The notes: generated from the sequence alone by a model not told the origin. A stretch of DNA of 64,000 bases from Glaucostegus cemiculus (GCA_976551045.1 CDPCPM010000014.1:30504001-30568000), one strand, 5' to 3'. Counted from the first letter of the stretch, positions 49,426-62,854 are shown. Translations and numbers: made by a program.

Positions 49426-52400
49426 CAGTGTTCCTCGATGTCTAGTGTGTTAGTTAAGTTTCAAAATGCTTGCCAGCATCTTTCTTTTTCACTGCCTTAA
49501 GTTACTGCAGCCACGATATACTTCCCCTTTAAGAGGGCAGGTTAATTATAAGTGGTCCAGGCTGGTTTTAAGTTGTGCTACCCAAAGACAGAATTGGGCT
49601 GACAGTTGCAATGGTAAACCATTGAAGGGAATAGTTAGAGCTGGCTGTACACAGCAATCATATAAATGTGCTGGCACCTCCTGCACTGGGCATGGGTGAA
49701 TCTATCCCTGTGCCTACTTTGGGCTGTCCAATTTAGTCTTTGTACGTCTATTACACCACTCGGAGCCTTTGAACTATCGATGCATGTGCATTCTGGACAT
49801 TGAGCCTGTCCAGTGCACAAAGTGCATTGAAGTGTATTAGAACTGTTTACTCTGGGTTGGAACAGTGAGACAGGTCTCACTGTTTATTACTGTCCTTCAG
49901 GAGCAGCTGCTCTGCGTAGTCAGTTACAAGATTGTGACTGCTCTGGTTTGCTAATCCTTCCAGCCTCAATGAAAGAATGACAAGGTGTGCAAACATCACC
50001 ATAGCAATCAAGTGCCGAGTAATTAATTTGCAGAGGATCTTGCAACTGAACTTGGATAATAGCTTGTAATCATTTATCACTGCTGCTTCCATTTATAAGG
50101 TGAATGACTGCTATACACCAGCTAATAAGAGTGATACTTTCTTTTAAGCAAACTACTTTGAATACTCTTTTCTAACAATTTAAATTTCCCAGCAAAGTGT
50201 ATTATTGTGGCAATTCACAAAGGAGTTTGTGGACATAATTTCAAAATTAAAAAAATCACTGCATAGAATTACAAACTTTATATTAGTATAATAATTGTTA
50301 AACAACTCCCTCAGCATGTGCTACAATCAAACTGGTTTTATATTGCCCTCATGCTATGCTCGTGCAACCTAGTCTTGATTTACATACCTCACACAGCCAA
50401 TGACAACAACAAACTTGTTACTCTTGGACAAATGAACAGCACCAACTAGTAAAAATATAAGTCTGCCTGACCTTTGTCAGTCAGGCAATCTTGCTTTAGT
50501 GCTGACCTCAGCTGCATGAGACCTGCCCTTTGGAAGACTGCAACCGCAGCAAGAACTAGCAAAGGAGTTTTAAAAGCCATGCAGGAGGCTTTGTGTGACC
50601 TCAGGAGCTAGCCAGCAGGGAGGAATGGAACTCTCTGCCAGCCTGTTCCCTCAGGGAGCTGACAAAAACAACAAGGAGGCAAGCACTTGCTAAAATATAA
50701 ATGACGCATCTCAGGAGAGGCACAAAAATTCTAGCTTTGAAACAAAACAACTGCTTTGAAAGAAAATAACATACAAGGTGCCACTTCCCTTCCCCTCTAC
50801 ATTGCTGTTCAGTTACAGTCCAAACTTGTCAGCCCAGCTACCAGGCAGAAACTTTCCTTACATTTCAGAGAACCAACTCAACTAACAGAACAACATGGAC
50901 TAAAGGAAGCGAGGATTGAAATGAATGCTGCACTTGAGCTCACTGTATCCTTCATGGTTGCTGGCAGTGGGAGCAGCAATCACTCAAATAGCTCGTTTGT
51001 CCACTTTGTTTTACCTTCAGCATTCAGTAGCCTGGCGGAGTACGGACTTGGCTGTATGGAGAAAGCATTCCCATTGGCATCTGACAAAAGTGCTCTCCCC
51101 TGAAAGAGCTTGGAAGACAGCAAGACCTTCTAATGATCCCTTTGGGAGGATTTACCTTAGTATTTCCCCTGACCCAGACAGAAGGGGCTAAACATAATCT
51201 TGGGTATACCATAAGGCATTCATTAGTGAATTAGCATCCCATTAACACCAACCTCAACTTTTCCTTCCCATTAACATCAATTTGAAGAAAAGTTGTGCAA
51301 ATTATGAAAGGGGTTACTGATTTAAAACTGCATGATTTGCTATTCAAGATAACATTTGCTTCCATGTTTTCTACTTCTCTGTCCAGTACTAATGAAGGCC
51401 AAAAAATTCAGCCCCAGTCAGCTGATTTAAACCTCATCTCAGAGCTCCTTGTTGGAGATAATTCATTTTTCTTTGGAGTTTAGCACAGCAGGAATGAAGA
51501 AATACAAGATCTTGCGTTTGCATTTTGATTGCACATTCTAATGTGAAGTTCAGCAAAGACAAAGCCCTTGAATCTCCTAGGACCAGGAATTTCATACTCC
51601 TGGTCCAATCTGAGGATGCTCACCCAACATCCTAGAGATGGAATCATTTGCATATGTCTGATGGGGGTCCAAGCCATATTCAGCCATACATTTCAGCTGA
51701 GGTAGGTGATGGGAGGAATGGTCCTACAAGCCATCTACGGAGTGTGAGATTGTCTTGTTGGACAAAGGCTTTTTTTTAAGTCTTCAGAATCTCCCACCCC
51801 AACTTCCAACAGCATCTGATCCTGGCACATAATGTGTGCATACTTCATGCAACCACACAGTAATGCGGCAGTGACAATCCTGCCAGTCCCTTTTGGAGAT
51901 GTCTGAACTGAGAACAGAGAAGGAGAAGGTGGGAGGTACGACATGGGAAAGGAGGAATGGAGATCCAGAAGACCAGGATTAAGCCTGAAATTCCGCCCTA
52001 CTAACTCAGAGAGAATTAACCATATGGTACTTTATCCTAAGGATTTTATTCTAAACCTATCCAGCATATTTATGACCAGTATCCAGTTTCTGGTAAAGCC
52101 AGAAGCTGAGCAAATTCCTCAGGTTTTCCAACCTAAGATTACAGTCAAGGAAAAAGTGGACACATTTGTATGGAAATCAGTAAACACATAAAGTATCCAA
52201 ATAGAACAATGCACTTGTTATTTGTATTGGCTGAAAATGTTTCTGTTACGCTCCAAGAATAAGGATTAATTAGAACCTCATTAAATTTAATGTGTACAGA
52301 TCTGAAGACTTCAGTGCTGCTTTTATTTGCTGGAGGAAATCGATATGCTGGTTTATGTTTTGAAAGCTGCTCAATGCTTGAATGCAGTCAGATATCTCCA

Positions 52401-53634
52401 GTGCATAGGAAACCATGCTGTGCATGTGATCAACAAAGAGTGGCTTGGGATTTTAAGAGAACTGAATACTTAATAGCACTGAAACAGACAAAGTAAATCA
52501 GAAGGGAATGCTAATCAGACATATTGGAAGAGAAAATGCTGTTATGTTACATACTTTCCTGCATCCATTTACAATGGAGAGAGACAGAAAAGGAAAATTA
52601 CAACTTATCCTAAGTAAAGGTATTCAATGACACTTGATTACATTTGCTAACATTTTGGACTAACAACTATGCAAGTATTTGGAGGTCCTTCCCTCAATGT
52701 CCTGTTCCAAGCTGTTCCGTCACGGCCTTTATGAACCATTTCTACCTCTTTAGGCTGAAGTCTATTGTCATTGCCAAGTAGCCATGCCTGCTATGAAGCT
52801 AACTGTTCATGGAGAAAGGAAATATGATGCCACACCATCTGTAGTATATGACAATAATGACAGGCCTTTTCTGCTTTAACTGATCATCCTCTGTCAAATT
52901 CAATGCTTCTCCTGTATCAAATGCTGTTAAAAAGATTTCAACCTTCATTGTGCATTCTATCCCTTTCTGCTTGTTCCATCTGCTTAAGATTAACTCATCA
53001 CACTGTAATGCATTTCTGCAGTATTGTGGAGCAAGTCCCTTCAGCTATTCACCCTGGCCTCTTAATTATCTTGACTGTCTGAATTGATGTTTTAAAATTT
53101 ATTAACATATTCCATTCCCTTTATTTCTGGCTTCACTACAATGTGCACAATTCCCTGTAAAGACCAAGAACCCTTGTGGCCGTGAGCCCATGTTTTAGTT
53201 GTCTGCTACAAACTATATTGGCATTCAACAATTGTGCAGTCAGAGTGCCTCTTCCTATTTGATGCAACTGAAAGACAAAAAACCTTCTTGAAAGTAATGA
53301 TCTGTCCTTTAAAATAAATCCCTGATCTCCTCAATCTTTCCACTTAGTACATTCTGCTGAATTTGTGCCAATAAGAGATGATCTGCAGAGCTGTATGGAC
53401 TAGAATTTTGTTGGTCGGATCATTTGCATAACCATTTTAAAATTGATTGACACAAATCCCAAACAAAATTTAACTAATGCATAGGGACAGGTTTTCCAGA
53501 TTAGACTCCTTCATTTTAGGCACTCTCTTGGGGTGGAGGATAACTATATTAGAGTTCAGTCTTTCGAAACCAAATTCAGCCTGAAGATTGCAGCAGCAGG
53601 GAGCACAAGGACAGAGTCACAGTTGGGCAAAAAA

Positions 53635-53691
53635 GTGGCACGGTAGTGTAGGGAGTGGCACGGCAGTGAAGGGGATGTCACGGTAGTGTAG
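53635..53691 (+). repeat. Three 20-nt tandem copies of the SINE 5' head
   Basis: tggcacggtagtgtag / tggcacggcagtgaag / tgtcacggtagtgtag at a period of exactly 20. Confidence 0.9.
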
Positions 53692-53990
53692 CTGTTAGTG
53701 TAACGCTATTACAGTGCCAGTGACCCGGGTTCAATTCCCGCTGCTGTATGTAAGGATTTTGTACATTCTTCATGTGTCTGCATGGGTTTCCTCCGGGTGC
53801 TCTGGTTTTCACCCATATTCCAAAGATGTACGGGTCGGGAGCTCTGGGCATGCTATGTTGGCGCCAGAAGCATGGCGACACTTGTGGGCTGCCCCCAGCA
53901 CATTCTCAGTAACGCAAAAAGATGCAACAAACTGTGTTTCAATGTACATGTGACTAATAAGTAAATATCTTATTTTATCTTAAATCTTAT
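53675..53990 (+). mobile_element. Young V-domain tRNA SINE with triplicated 5' end
   Basis: cacggtagtgtagctgttagtg...gacccgggttcaattcc...gggtttcctccgggtgctctggtttt...gtgactaataag...atcttat. Confidence 0.93.
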
Positions 53991-54391
53991 ATGGTTCAGT
54001 AAGTTGATTCTGCATCTTAAGAATGAATTGTTACTTCTTGGAATGTCTACCATAGCAGTTCCAGAGCATCTAGGGCAGAGACTAGAGATGGCACATGCAC
54101 AAAAGAAAATACCTCACAATTCCATTAGGTGTTTTTTATTTGGAAGGTGTCTTCCAAAGTATGCCCTGCACTATGTGGAAGGAAGCTTTGGTTTTGCTTC
54201 CAAACTTAGTCTCTCAAGACTATAGAGCAGTGATACTATCAGTTCAATGAAGTGATAAAGTCATACAAAGTAACACACCAGCTGTTTTACATTTGTGTCT
54301 GGGGCACTAGTGGACTCTCCAGTTTTAAAATAACAAGAGTGAAAATAGAGCACTATATGGACTGTGATAGTGAGGTGATGGTGTTTGAAGC

Positions 54392-54588
54392 GATAGAACA
54401 TAGAACACCTACAGCACAATTCAGGCCCTTCGGCCCACAAAGCTGTGCCGAACATGTCCCTACACTGGAAACTACTAGGCTTACCCATAGCCCTCTATCT
54501 TATTTTGCTCCATGTACCTATCCAACAGTCTCTTGAAAGACCCTATCGTATCCGCCTCCACAATCCTTTCCGGCAGCCCATTCCACAT
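54392..54588 (-). mobile_element. CR1 LINE 3' end
   Basis: atagaacatagaaca...caggcccttcggcccaca...gtacctatccaacagtctcttgaa...ggcagcccattcca. Confidence 0.88.
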
Positions 54589-54769
54589 GGGAGGGTATCC
54601 ACCCACAAACCTAAGACCTTACAGCATGTTTCCCCACTTTGACTAAAGGCCTTAGCTTGCATGAACAAATCTAAATCACCTTCTTCCACTTTGACAATCT
54701 GATACCTACATACTTACAAGTTCATCTATCCAAAGCTTCCTCGTGGAATCCCACAATTTGGTATTGTGC

Positions 54770-54826
54770 TTGGCAGAGACATTGTGGGCCGAAGGGCCTG
54801 TTCCTGCCAGTGGTGTTCTATGTTCC
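54770..54826 (+). mobile_element. CR1-type 3' tail
   Basis: ggcagagacattgtgggccgaagggcctgttcctg...gttctatgttc. Confidence 0.75.
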
Positions 54827-55552
54827 AATTACTACTACCCTGCCGTTCACTCAATCTTGTTGCAGGACAAACATGCATGTGGCCTTAAAAAAACTAAAAA
54901 CTGGATGGACAATCCCTGACTTAGCACACTCATGGCAAGGAGCAAGGGTTGGAGGTGACAGGAGAATGGGGAGGGCACATTCAGCTTTTGATATGGGAAC
55001 GGGCAAGAGCAGGAGCACAATTCTGTTGTTAGGTTACAGCCTCTTCAACTGCACAGATATCCATATCATCCACTGCAATGTCCAAGTGTTCATTAGTTTT
55101 TAGCTGCTTTTCCTGCAAATCAACCATTACAATAAGGGCAGAAAAGGTGGAAGTTGATGACAATAAGGGAGAGAAATGGCAGAACCCCACACTTATTAAC
55201 TGGAACAGGGAGAGGAAATAAAGCCTATGCCCTTCCTAGACTAACCTCTCTTCCTAATGCTTCCCTGTCCACCTTCATGTTTCATGTAATAAAGATGTGG
55301 TAGCAGGTAATTTGTGGAGTATTAGGCAATGAGAGGAGGGGCATTAGTTGAGGCAGTGTAACCTTCCCAGCAGAGGTTGAAGAAAATATTCCCTTAGACT
55401 TTGGAGTTATGGGACCCAGAATACATGGGCATCAGACTAATAAAAAGAACACATTAATGGAACATCATACTGGCCTACAGACTTTGAGACCAAACTGCAA
55501 TGGTGATCCAATAACTGATGTGTGTGACTATAGAGTCCTTAGTTCTTTTTTA

Positions 55553-56793
55553 CATCAATACTAGGAAACTTTATTTCTTTCACAGCCATCAATGAAGTAT
55601 GTGGTAGTTTCATTGAAATCCGTGTTAATCATGTTCAAGCTTGTTTTGTCACTTATGTAACTGCAAACTCAGAGTGTAAAGGGGAGTGGAGCATTTATCT
55701 TAATTTCTGCTGCTCTTCAGAAGCAAACTGAGGGTTCATGGAAATATGTAAAGCTGTACTTTCAAAGATTACTGCTAATGATATTCTTAATTTTCACAAT
55801 GCTTGGTTTCCATTCCCTTTTTTAAATGTATTGATTTGTATGATACACTTGTGTTAAATACTGTACTCTTATCACTGAACATTGATGAATTAATTGATTT
55901 GCTCCATTGACCCTTTCAGTCCCATTTAAGAATCTAATTTGCAGATTTGTAGCTCTACCTGTATAAGCTAACAACATTATGTATCTCTATTACATATACA
56001 CATTTTTGTTCTCCTTTCCCAACGGTTCTACGAGCTTCTTTTAGTTTTGTAACTTGCTTTAACTGGTCATTACTTTTGTATGAGATTGAGCAATGAGAAT
56101 GGACAATCAATTCAACTGCTGGCTACAGTCACTTATTCCCAGGTCTTTTTAGCTAGCCAAATAAGTTCACTGATTAGCTGTGACAGTTGACCTATTTTGA
56201 TTGACTTGCAGTAATTTAGTCAACACATGATGTATGGAAAAAATGGTAAAATAATGAGGGCTAAATAAACAAATAAAATTGTTGATGGTGGAAATCTGAT
56301 ATAGAAAATGCTGGAAATACTCAGCAGATTATTCAGTATTTGTGGAAAGAGAAACACGAGTTAAAATTTCAAGATACCTTGTGATAAAGGTCTTGGATCT
56401 GAAACATGAACTCTGTTTCTCTTTCCACTCATGTTGCCTGAACTGCTAAGTATTTCCAGCATTTTCTGTTTTTATAACTAACTTATTTTTAAGTTCCTAT
56501 CCCCTTGCCCAATGCAATACAAATGTTGGTTAAGCAAAGTTCCTTCAGGGATTCAGCTTTGATATTGTTGTGGGTGAATAGCATTTCAAAACTGTTTTCC
56601 ATCAGTACTAAGAAACTTTATTTTTCTAAACAGCCATCAATGAAGTATGTGGTAGTTTCAGAGGAATCTGTGTTAATCATGTTCAAGCTTGTTCTCTCAC
56701 TTGTGTAACTGAAAACTCAGAGTGTAAAGGGGAGTGGAGCATTTTTGTTAATTTCTGCTGTTCTTCTGATGCAAATTGTGGATCCATGGAAAT
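55553..56793 (+). repeat. Direct duplication of ~193 bp: 55553-55745 and 56600-56793
   Basis: Shared blocks acagccatcaatgaagtatgtggtagtttca, gtgttaatcatgttcaagcttgtt and aaactcagagtgtaaaggggagtggagcattt; roughly 85% identity by eye. Confidence 0.95.
56270..56476. mobile_element. Palindromic Penelope pLTR-derived element
   Basis: agaaaatgctggaaatactcagcag...gtggaaagagaaaca pairs with tgtttctctttccac...ctgctaagtatttccagcattttct; degenerate hammerhead-like tgataaagg...ctgaaac at 56381-56405. Confidence 0.8.
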
Positions 56794-58059
56794 CTTAATG
56801 GAACTAGTTAAACCATGTGCCAAAGTTAAGCCTTACAACACTGGAACTATATGTCAGTAGGATGGCAACATCTTTTGAGGACGTGCAAATTAATAGTTTG
56901 CCCTAACTGGATGGGGAGATAAATGCAAGATAACCTCCAAGGTAAGAAAGGTCCAGAGTGGAGGTGCAACTTTAACTGATTTTGAGGACAAATAAATTAG
57001 CTAGACAGAGCTTTATATTCTTTTCAAACCTAAGGCCATAAAATTCACCAAATGATTGAAGGCAAATGGCCGATCAGACATTTTGATTCTGCACAACGTA
57101 TAATGTCTTCATCATCAGTTTTACCCTTGAGCAAAATTTCTCCATTGCTTCAATCTTTCATCACAGGTAAATCAGTTTAAAAGCCATCCATTTAACCTCA
57201 TGAAAGGAAAATAATGAAGAACTTGACCTCTTAGAGTGTTTCACATTGCATAAAGACTATGTGTGGGGTCAAATAAGTCCCACATTTGTTCCAGGTTTTC
57301 CACACATGTGATACAATAATATGTGGAGGTGTTAAGTCCTGCACAGTGATCCCAATAGTTTGTGCTTCTCAGACAGAAGCAGTTGTGGTCTGTCTTTATA
57401 TGACTTCTTGGTGACCAGGCTTACTGAGTCTGTGGCCATTGAGTCTAACGTCTAGTTCCACCTGTAGATCAGTGCCCTTTAAAATGTTAACTTATCCCTC
57501 ACTTTCACTTGACCCACTCTCACTGTGCATGCCCTTTGAGCACTTCACCACTGAATCTTGGGCCAATGATGTCCCTGATCCCACAGCCAATTGCACCCCC
57601 AATGCCACATGTCAAAACCTGACCTTAAACCTCCTGATAACCCTAACCCAAACCACAAGGTCCTGATACCCCCTGCCACACCCCACCTGAAGGCCTTTCT
57701 TTCCCACTCTTCTTACCTCTCTCAGCCCCACCTCCCACTCGTGACCCAGAGTTGGCCTCCTGTGCATTTGCCCTGTATGCTGTGCATGTCGTCTGTGGCT
57801 TGTACGCAATAGAATACTGCTGTGGACTCGACATGCATTGGTTTCCCAGCGACCTCACTGGCTTAATGTGACTTTGGAGTGGTTACTAGGGCCTTGCATT
57901 TATGTAGTGAAATTTATTACTTCAAGGCATTACTTCTGTCTGCTACGTAGATAGTTTTTCTTACGTTCAATACAGAAGACCCCTTCCACAGTCAATGGTA
58001 TTTGGGAATGAAAAAATATGTGATATGCCCAAAATGATATAAAAGCGTAAAAAAAGGCA

Positions 58060-58420
58060 GAGACCTTAGCCCTGTCCTGCTGTTCAAACACATCATAGAT
58101 GATCTAAACATTAACTCCATTTACCATCCTTAGATCCACAGTCTCACACAAATTAGTTTGATATCATGTGTGAAAAACTCAATAAATTCAGCATGCTCTG
58201 CTTATTTTGGAACCCTGTGTAAAGGGGAACACTACCTGAATTCTCTCCTAAATTCAACTCCAGTTTTAAGATTATATTTGTTCTATTGGATTCCCCAATC
58301 AAAGGAAATAATTTACCTTCATAAGTCCTTTAAAATCCATTTATCATTTAAGTAATTTGATTAGACCACCTGCCAGCCTTCGAAGTTCAAAGAGACACAG
58401 GCCAAGTTTATGCAAGATAA
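58060..58420 (-). mobile_element. Old CR1 3' fragment
   Basis: cttagccctgtcctgctgttcaa...ctgaattctctccta...ttaagattat...attagaccacc. Confidence 0.45.
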
Positions 58421-59499
58421 CATTCATTAGAATTTGTTGGCAGTGGGGTGAGGAGTGCACAGTTTCAGGCAAAAGACTGATCGGCAGTTAATGTGGATAT
58501 CAAGAAGATGCTGTCGAAGACATGCTGCACCACCTTAAACTTTACAAAAAAAAATCTCCTTGTACATCTCATCATTGAAATACCTTGAATTTGCAAGATA
58601 AATATGCTCATCCCCGAAAGCTAAGTCTCATAATTTCAAGAGCAAGTGCCCTTTATAATGTTGTGATTCCAATTATTCACAACTAGTCAACCTCCAACTA
58701 AAGTTAATGATTATAAGTGTAATGTTCAACATTTAAGGTATTAACTGGTTTTTGAAATGAAAAAGTTGAAATTTATATTTTAAAATGGCTTCTTATCCAA
58801 ATTGATTTTTAGTTTATCTGTTTGTTAATTTTTGGCATTGAACTTATCCAAGATAATTTACACTTCTTTCTCTGTCATGCTTCTGGTTACTTCTCAATAT
58901 GTAAGTGTGATTACTTAAAGATATACTCAATTTCTCATCTTGTTAATTCCAAGCTGCCTGATATCTCTCGCTGTGACATTGTCAGCTCACCCTTTCAGCA
59001 ACTTGCTAGACAAAAATGTAAACCCCCCTAAACTTGGAAGAGCAAATATAATTAACAACAGACAATGTTGGATGTTCTGAAACAGCAAATCTAGTGGAAG
59101 AATTCTTGATTTTAGTCAGAATTTTTGAACATTTTCAAGATGAGAAAATACTTAGATGATAATCATTTTTGAATGCACCATTCGGATGAAAAGTTCCTGC
59201 ATGGAATTTGATATTCCGAGAATTTCCACTTGTCCTGCTCACTCAAGTGGCTAGTCAAGCTGGAATTTATTCAATGTTTGAGACGCAGGCCAAGATGTGC
59301 TTTGGAATCTGATTGAAGGAAAGACATGTCAAAAGATATTTTCCCAATTAGCCAAAAACTGTGACTAAAGAAGATGGACAGATATAACACATAATGAATC
59401 AAAGCAAACCCATTGTCTTTTTCTCAGTTGCAGACACGTCAACCAAATTGGTTTCAGAAGTCTCAAGGACAGCTTCACATGATTCACTTCCTTCAGTAA

Positions 59500-59630
59500 T
59501 AACTTAAAGAACAATCTGTACTTATTGAGTGTCCTTAATGTAATACAATGTCGGAAGATGCTTCATCAGAGGATAATCAAACAAAGTGATGTCAAGTTTG
59601 ATAGTCCATGGTGTTATGAAGCAGTCCGTG
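59500..59630 (-). mobile_element. L2 3' tail fragment
   Basis: Similar to 20975-21100 (atgcttcatcagagg...aaacaaag...ttgatagtc). Confidence 0.35.
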
Positions 59631-60049
59631 TTATTTGGGGAATACTTGGAGGGTTCCTGTTTGAAGTTATTCCTTGTCGTTTCTTGTCTTCAAGATTGCT
59701 TCTCCCAGATTCCTAGCACTGCGTTATGTTCTCCTTTATGCTGATCCTGACTTTTTATAGATGGAATGCCTCATTCTTCACATTGTTGTTCCCACTTTCC
59801 TAGAGATGGGGTACATGAAATTCTGGGATACATGGGATTCTGTGTTGGTCCAATTTCCCCAGAATTGGTGTATATTGCTGCACTACTCCTGGTTTACCTG
59901 AAGTACAGTGGGTAGGAGCTGCTGCTCCCAACACCTTGGTTCTTGCCTGACCTCTTCTTTGCCTGGGGTGCATTTCAGTATCACCTCCTTCACATGGTGT
60001 TCCGGGACATACAGCAAGAACCAGGTGAAGCATATTGCCGAGGTGAAGC

Positions 60050-60485
60050 AAAAGCTCAGATTGTAGATACAATATGCCTTGCTGATTGCAGGAGAGAACC
60101 TGGTTGTCGGATGTGAGGTGCTCTCAGCATTGTATGTGGGCCTGTACCTGCCCGTTCCTGCACTGCAGCAGTCAACTGAGTCACTCTCTAGTTTATCTGG
60201 GGATCAAAGATGGACTCTATCTTCAGAAATGTAATAAACAAATGTCTTTATCGAGGTTCAGCCTGAACAGCTGCATAACACTGAACTCTGTAATCTATAG
60301 GCTGTTGTCAGGGACACACACTGAGCCAAACACCAATTGCTGCTAGAAGATTATCAGCTTGGTGAAAGACGCCATCTGGTCTGCTGAAAATTCACTAGTC
60401 TTCTAATCAGGGAGGTGTCTATGACTGAATATTGCAGACTTGTGCATTCCATGGCCCAGGATTGTATGCTGAAGGACATACTGAA
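60050..60485 (+). mobile_element. Tx1-type LINE C-terminal fragment
   Basis: cagggacacacactgagccaaacaccaattgctgctagaagattatcagcttggtgaaagacgcc aligns to ~6730-6795 of the Tx1 copy. Confidence 0.7.
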
Positions 60486-60487
60486 GT

Positions 60488-60760
60488 CATTTGACAAGGT
60501 GCCACTGAAAAGGCTGGTGCATGAGATAAGAGCTCATGGAACTGGGTGAAGTGTTTAGCATGGATTGAGGACTAGTTATCACATAAAAGACAGAGAGTCA
60601 GAACTAGAGTCTTTTTCAGGATGCAACATAAATTGCCCCAAGGATCACTTCTTGGCCCTCAATTATTTAATATTTATATTAATGACCGGGATGAGGAGAC
60701 AGAGTGTAAGGGATCTAGTCCATAATGACACTGAAATAAGGGTTGAGAAGGCATGTTGCA
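60488..60760 (+). mobile_element. CR1 RT fragment
   Basis: tttgacaaggtgccactgaaaaggctggtgcatgagataagagctcatgga reads FDKVP.KRLVHEIRAHG, followed by LAWIED*L..KQRV-like sequence. Confidence 0.7.
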
Positions 60761-61164
60761 CATTCAAAAACTGTGAAGGGGAAAGACAGATTGGAAATAG
60801 GACGGTAGTCAACAAAGATTAGTGGTCATCATGTTGGGCTGGATGGGACAAGTGTTGGAAAATATAGTCAAGCAGAAGGATTTGATTTAGTGGAGGTGTG
60901 ATCAGCCCTCTGTAAGTTTTCTGTACAGGCTCTGATACCAATATCACAAAAGCCAATGAACAGCAAGAACATTGTTCACAATTGAGAAGATGTTCTGGAA
61001 GGCAATTGCAAGGAGGAGCAGTGATAACTGTTAAACTGACAGGGAAGGAGGAGGGTTGCTGAACTTCTACTGAGCTCGCGCAAAGCGGAACAGCATATGG
61101 CAAACGGTCCTCTCAGTTGAGAAAGACAATGTGAGACCTCTGAAGATTTGTTATCACACCACAT

Positions 61165-61715
61165 CATGGGTGGAGACACAAGACACAGGAATCTGCAGCA
61201 GAAAAATAAACTGCTGAACCAACTTGGCAGGCCTAGCAGCATCTGTGGAGGCAAAGGGATGTTTCAGATTGAGGGGCCTGCATCAGGACTGAGAGTGTGG
61301 AGAGAAGATAGCCAGTATATACATGTGAGAGGGAGGAGTGAGACAGAGGCTGGAAGATAATAGGTGGCACTGGATAGGGGAGTGTGATGGGCAGATGGTG
61401 AGGGAGGTTAGGGGCAATGGAAGAGACAGAGGCTGGTGGGTGATGGGTGCAACCAGATAAGGGAAAAATGATGGGCAGATGGAATGGGTGTTGGGGGGTG
61501 GCATTGGGGTGGGGAGGTGAAGGGAGTAGGACAGGTGAACCAAGGAAGAAGAAATCCAGGTAGATAGGTATGTGGGTGATGGGTAGATGGAACTAGTTGG
61601 GGTAGGGCGATGAGTCTCAGTAACGAGGGGTAAGGATGGAAAAGGTGAACGAAGGGAGAGAGTGTCGGGGGAACTGGTGGGAGTGGGAAAGGAACACAGG
61701 GATGAGCTGTTGCAT
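61165..61715 (-). mobile_element. Penelope pLTR region (purine-rich repeats plus hammerhead-like core)
   Basis: Reverse-complement counterpart of 17650-18020; reverse complement of 61256-61290 is agtcCTGATGcaggcccctcaatctGAAAcatccc. Confidence 0.75.
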
Positions 61716-62406
61716 ACAGTCAGTATGTTCCTGGCTTTGGCACCTGGGCATTGAAAAGCAGTAGTCAGGAATACACTAGATATCAGTTGTCCTTAGATCT
61801 GCCTCCCACACCACCATGGGACTCAATGCTGAGGGGACAGCCACACTGTGTCCATCAGTGGGGTTAATGATGATAGACTGAAGAGCTATTTCTACTCAAC
61901 CTGAATGACCTAGATTAATTTCTTAAATATGTTGATCATTTTAAACTTTTAAGTAATTTTTAACATTTTATTTAAAGCCTATTTCAACTGTTCATAAATG
62001 TCTTTGGTCACCGGAGACATGTAGAAATGATTAAAAATGTCTTTGGGAGCATGAGTGGCTGATCTTCCACATGCGGACAACTCAGCATCACAGGACGGTT
62101 GTGGTAACAAGGCCTGGAACTTGCTTTCACTTGCAGAGGTCAAGGTTAGAGTGGCTATGGGAATAAACAGGTCAGTAGACTGAGTTTTCTCTCACTTATT
62201 GCACCAGAGGACAATCTAATACAGTTGACATGTTGTAATAAAACATTTCTTGTATGTCAATGATCAAATTATGAAATCTTATAAAATGGCTAGATATATA
62301 ATAGCATTTAGGAAAACTCTAAAGTTTTTTTGAGTTCACTGATTTTAAATAAGCAGCTGAATCGAGCCTGATTTCACCTTTACATAAGTCAATTGTGTCC
62401 TTGTCA

Positions 62407-62700
62407 TGGCACGGTAGTGTAGCGGTTAGCATAACGCTTCACAGCGTCAGTGACCCAGGTTCAATTCTGGTTGCTGTCTATGAGCAGTTTGTATGTTCTC
62501 CCCATGTCTGCATGGGTTTCTTCCCGGTGCTCCTGTTTCCTCCCACATCCCAAATATATATGGATTAGGAACTGTGGTCATGCTATGTTGGTGCTGGAAG
62601 CATGGCGACACTTGCAGGCTGCTCCCAGAACACACTACATAAATAAAGATGCATTTCGCTGTGTGTTTCGATGTATATGTGACTAATAAAGATATTTTAT
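62407..62700 (+). mobile_element. Young V-domain tRNA SINE
   Basis: tggcacggtagtgtagcggttagc...ccaggttcaattc...gggtttcttcccggtgctcctgtttcctcccacatcccaaa...gtgactaataaagatat. Confidence 0.92.
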
Positions 62701-62854
62701 AATTGATTCAGTTATGATGAGCTAAAGCAGCAGAGGATATGGATTGTGATGTGGGACTGTGCAATCTTTACAATTCAGTCCGCTTACCACATTAAACATC
62801 TGAGTCTTCAAAGGGCAACATGAGTGAATGAAAACTTAAAATATCATGACGTCC

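Noticed and set aside
50756-51103. 115-aa plus-strand ORF
   Set aside because: Non-ATG start, no motif, no supporting splice signals.
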